A DNA stretch of 24,885 nt, from assembly GCA_045803455.1 (NCBI GenBank), contig JBJMPB010000125.1, positions 1 through 24,885 on the forward strand. The letters run 5' to 3'. Shown piece after piece: positions 24,183 to 24,885 of this stretch (the first letter of the stretch is position 1; every line of letters begins with the position of its first letter). The notes under the pieces are model-generated. The model worked only from the letters and a program-made list of their open reading frames with translations, searched no databases and was not told the DNA's origin. Origin of the DNA: Gemmatimonadales bacterium. GTDB taxonomy: Bacteria > Gemmatimonadota > Gemmatimonadetes > Gemmatimonadales > GWC2-71-9. Position numbers and translations under genes: made by a program.

Positions 24183-24885
24183 ACGGCTTTTCCAGATAAC
24201 CAATGCCGGCAGGCATCGAGTCGTCGCTGGTAAAGGCACGCTCGGCAAAGCCGGACATGAAGATCACCCGAAGGTCTGGCCGGCGGGACCGAAGCCGCTG
24301 CACCAGCTCATGCCCTCCCATCTCCGGCATCACCACATCGGTGAGAACCAGATCGATGGTCTCCTCATGGGTGTCGAAGATTCGGAGCGCCTCCGCGCCG
24401 TTGCGAGCCTCGAGCACGGTATACCCATGCCACTCGAGCAGCCGGCGAACCGATGAGCGAACCGCCGCCTCATCTTCAACCAGCAACAGGGTCTCGGTTC
24501 CGATCTCGGGCATCCGCTGGGGAACGGTGCCGATCGGAGCCTCGGGTCCCCAGTAGCGGGGGAAATACAGGGTGAAGATCGCGCCCTGGCCCGGCGCGCT
24601 CTGCACCGTGACGCGACCCCCGGCCTGCTCCGCAATGCCGAACACTGTGGAGAGTCCGAGTCCCCGGCCACCACCCTGCTTAGTCGTGAAGAAGGGCTCG
24701 AAGATCCTTCCCTGGGTGGCCTCGTCGATGCCAATCCCGGTGTCGCTCACGCTGATGCTGACGTAGGGCTCTTCATCTACCTCCGCATCGGCGGTGACGA
24801 TACGAACCTGACCACCGGCAGGCAGGGCATCCCGCGCGTTGAGAATCAGGTTGACCAAGGCCTGCTCCACCTGAGCGGGATCGAC
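24127..24885 (-). CDS. Hybrid sensor histidine kinase / response regulator (CckA-like HATPase plus REC); 5' partial
   Basis: Frame is open to the window edge (VDPAQVEQALVNLILNARDA, N box); G1 DTGIG, F box FEPFFTTK, G2 GRGLGLS; receiver LLVEDE, LTDVVMP, MSG, KPF. Confidence 0.93.
   Translation of the reverse strand, partial: VDPAQVEQALVNLILNARDALPAGGQVRIVTADAEVDEEPYVSISVSDTGIGIDEATQGRIFEPFFTTKQGGGRGLGLSTVFGIAEQAGGRVTVQSAPGQGAIFTLYFPRYWGPEAPIGTVPQRMPEIGTETLLLVEDEAAVRSSVRRLLEWHGYTVLEARNGAEALRIFDTHEETIDLVLTDVVMPEMGGHELVQRLRSRRPDLRVIFMSGFAERAFTSDDSMPAGIGYLEKPFTVETLMRRLREILDASR

Noticed and set aside
1-24885. tRNA, rRNA, CRISPR array, IS element or att site
   Set aside because: The window is almost fully coding, the largest gaps are about 120 nt, and I saw no spaced direct repeats, terminal inverted repeats, or transposase or integrase motifs. 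Manual reading could miss weak signals.

Overview
GC-rich bacterial window (roughly 60-65% GC by eye, not computed) with about 22 tightly packed CDSs, two of them truncated by the window ends. Gemmatimonadota-like origin is a guess from composition and gene content. I saw no rRNA, tRNA, CRISPR array, integrase or transposase. Left to right: (1) the tail of a probable exopolysaccharide secretion locus (clan GH-A-like hydrolase, TPR plus beta-barrel PgaA/BcsC-like porin, extended SDR); (2) a translationally coupled 4-gene MacB/LolCDE-type ABC operon on the minus strand; (3) a divergent, degenerate 3-hydroxyacyl-CoA/L-gulonate dehydrogenase homologue; (4) an mntR-mntH-outer-membrane-barrel operon with a sigma70-like promoter and a TTAGG-N4-CCTAA operator; (5) LD-carboxypeptidase, alpha/beta hydrolase, SDR and Nudix CoA pyrophosphatase; (6) an RsbRD_N-like protein and a CrtQ/CruC-like GT2; (7) a secreted hypothetical protein; (8) a Type IIG-like adenine methyltransferase with no visible nuclease motif, a SNF2-like helicase and a HAD phosphatase; (9) a partial hybrid histidine kinase. 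The best candidate for an undescribed system is the ABC operon. One permease appears naturally split in two. The TM1 plus N-terminal periplasmic half is fused to an AttH/CrtC-like beta-barrel domain. The complementary C-terminal half has its own signal peptide and starts where the other half stops.
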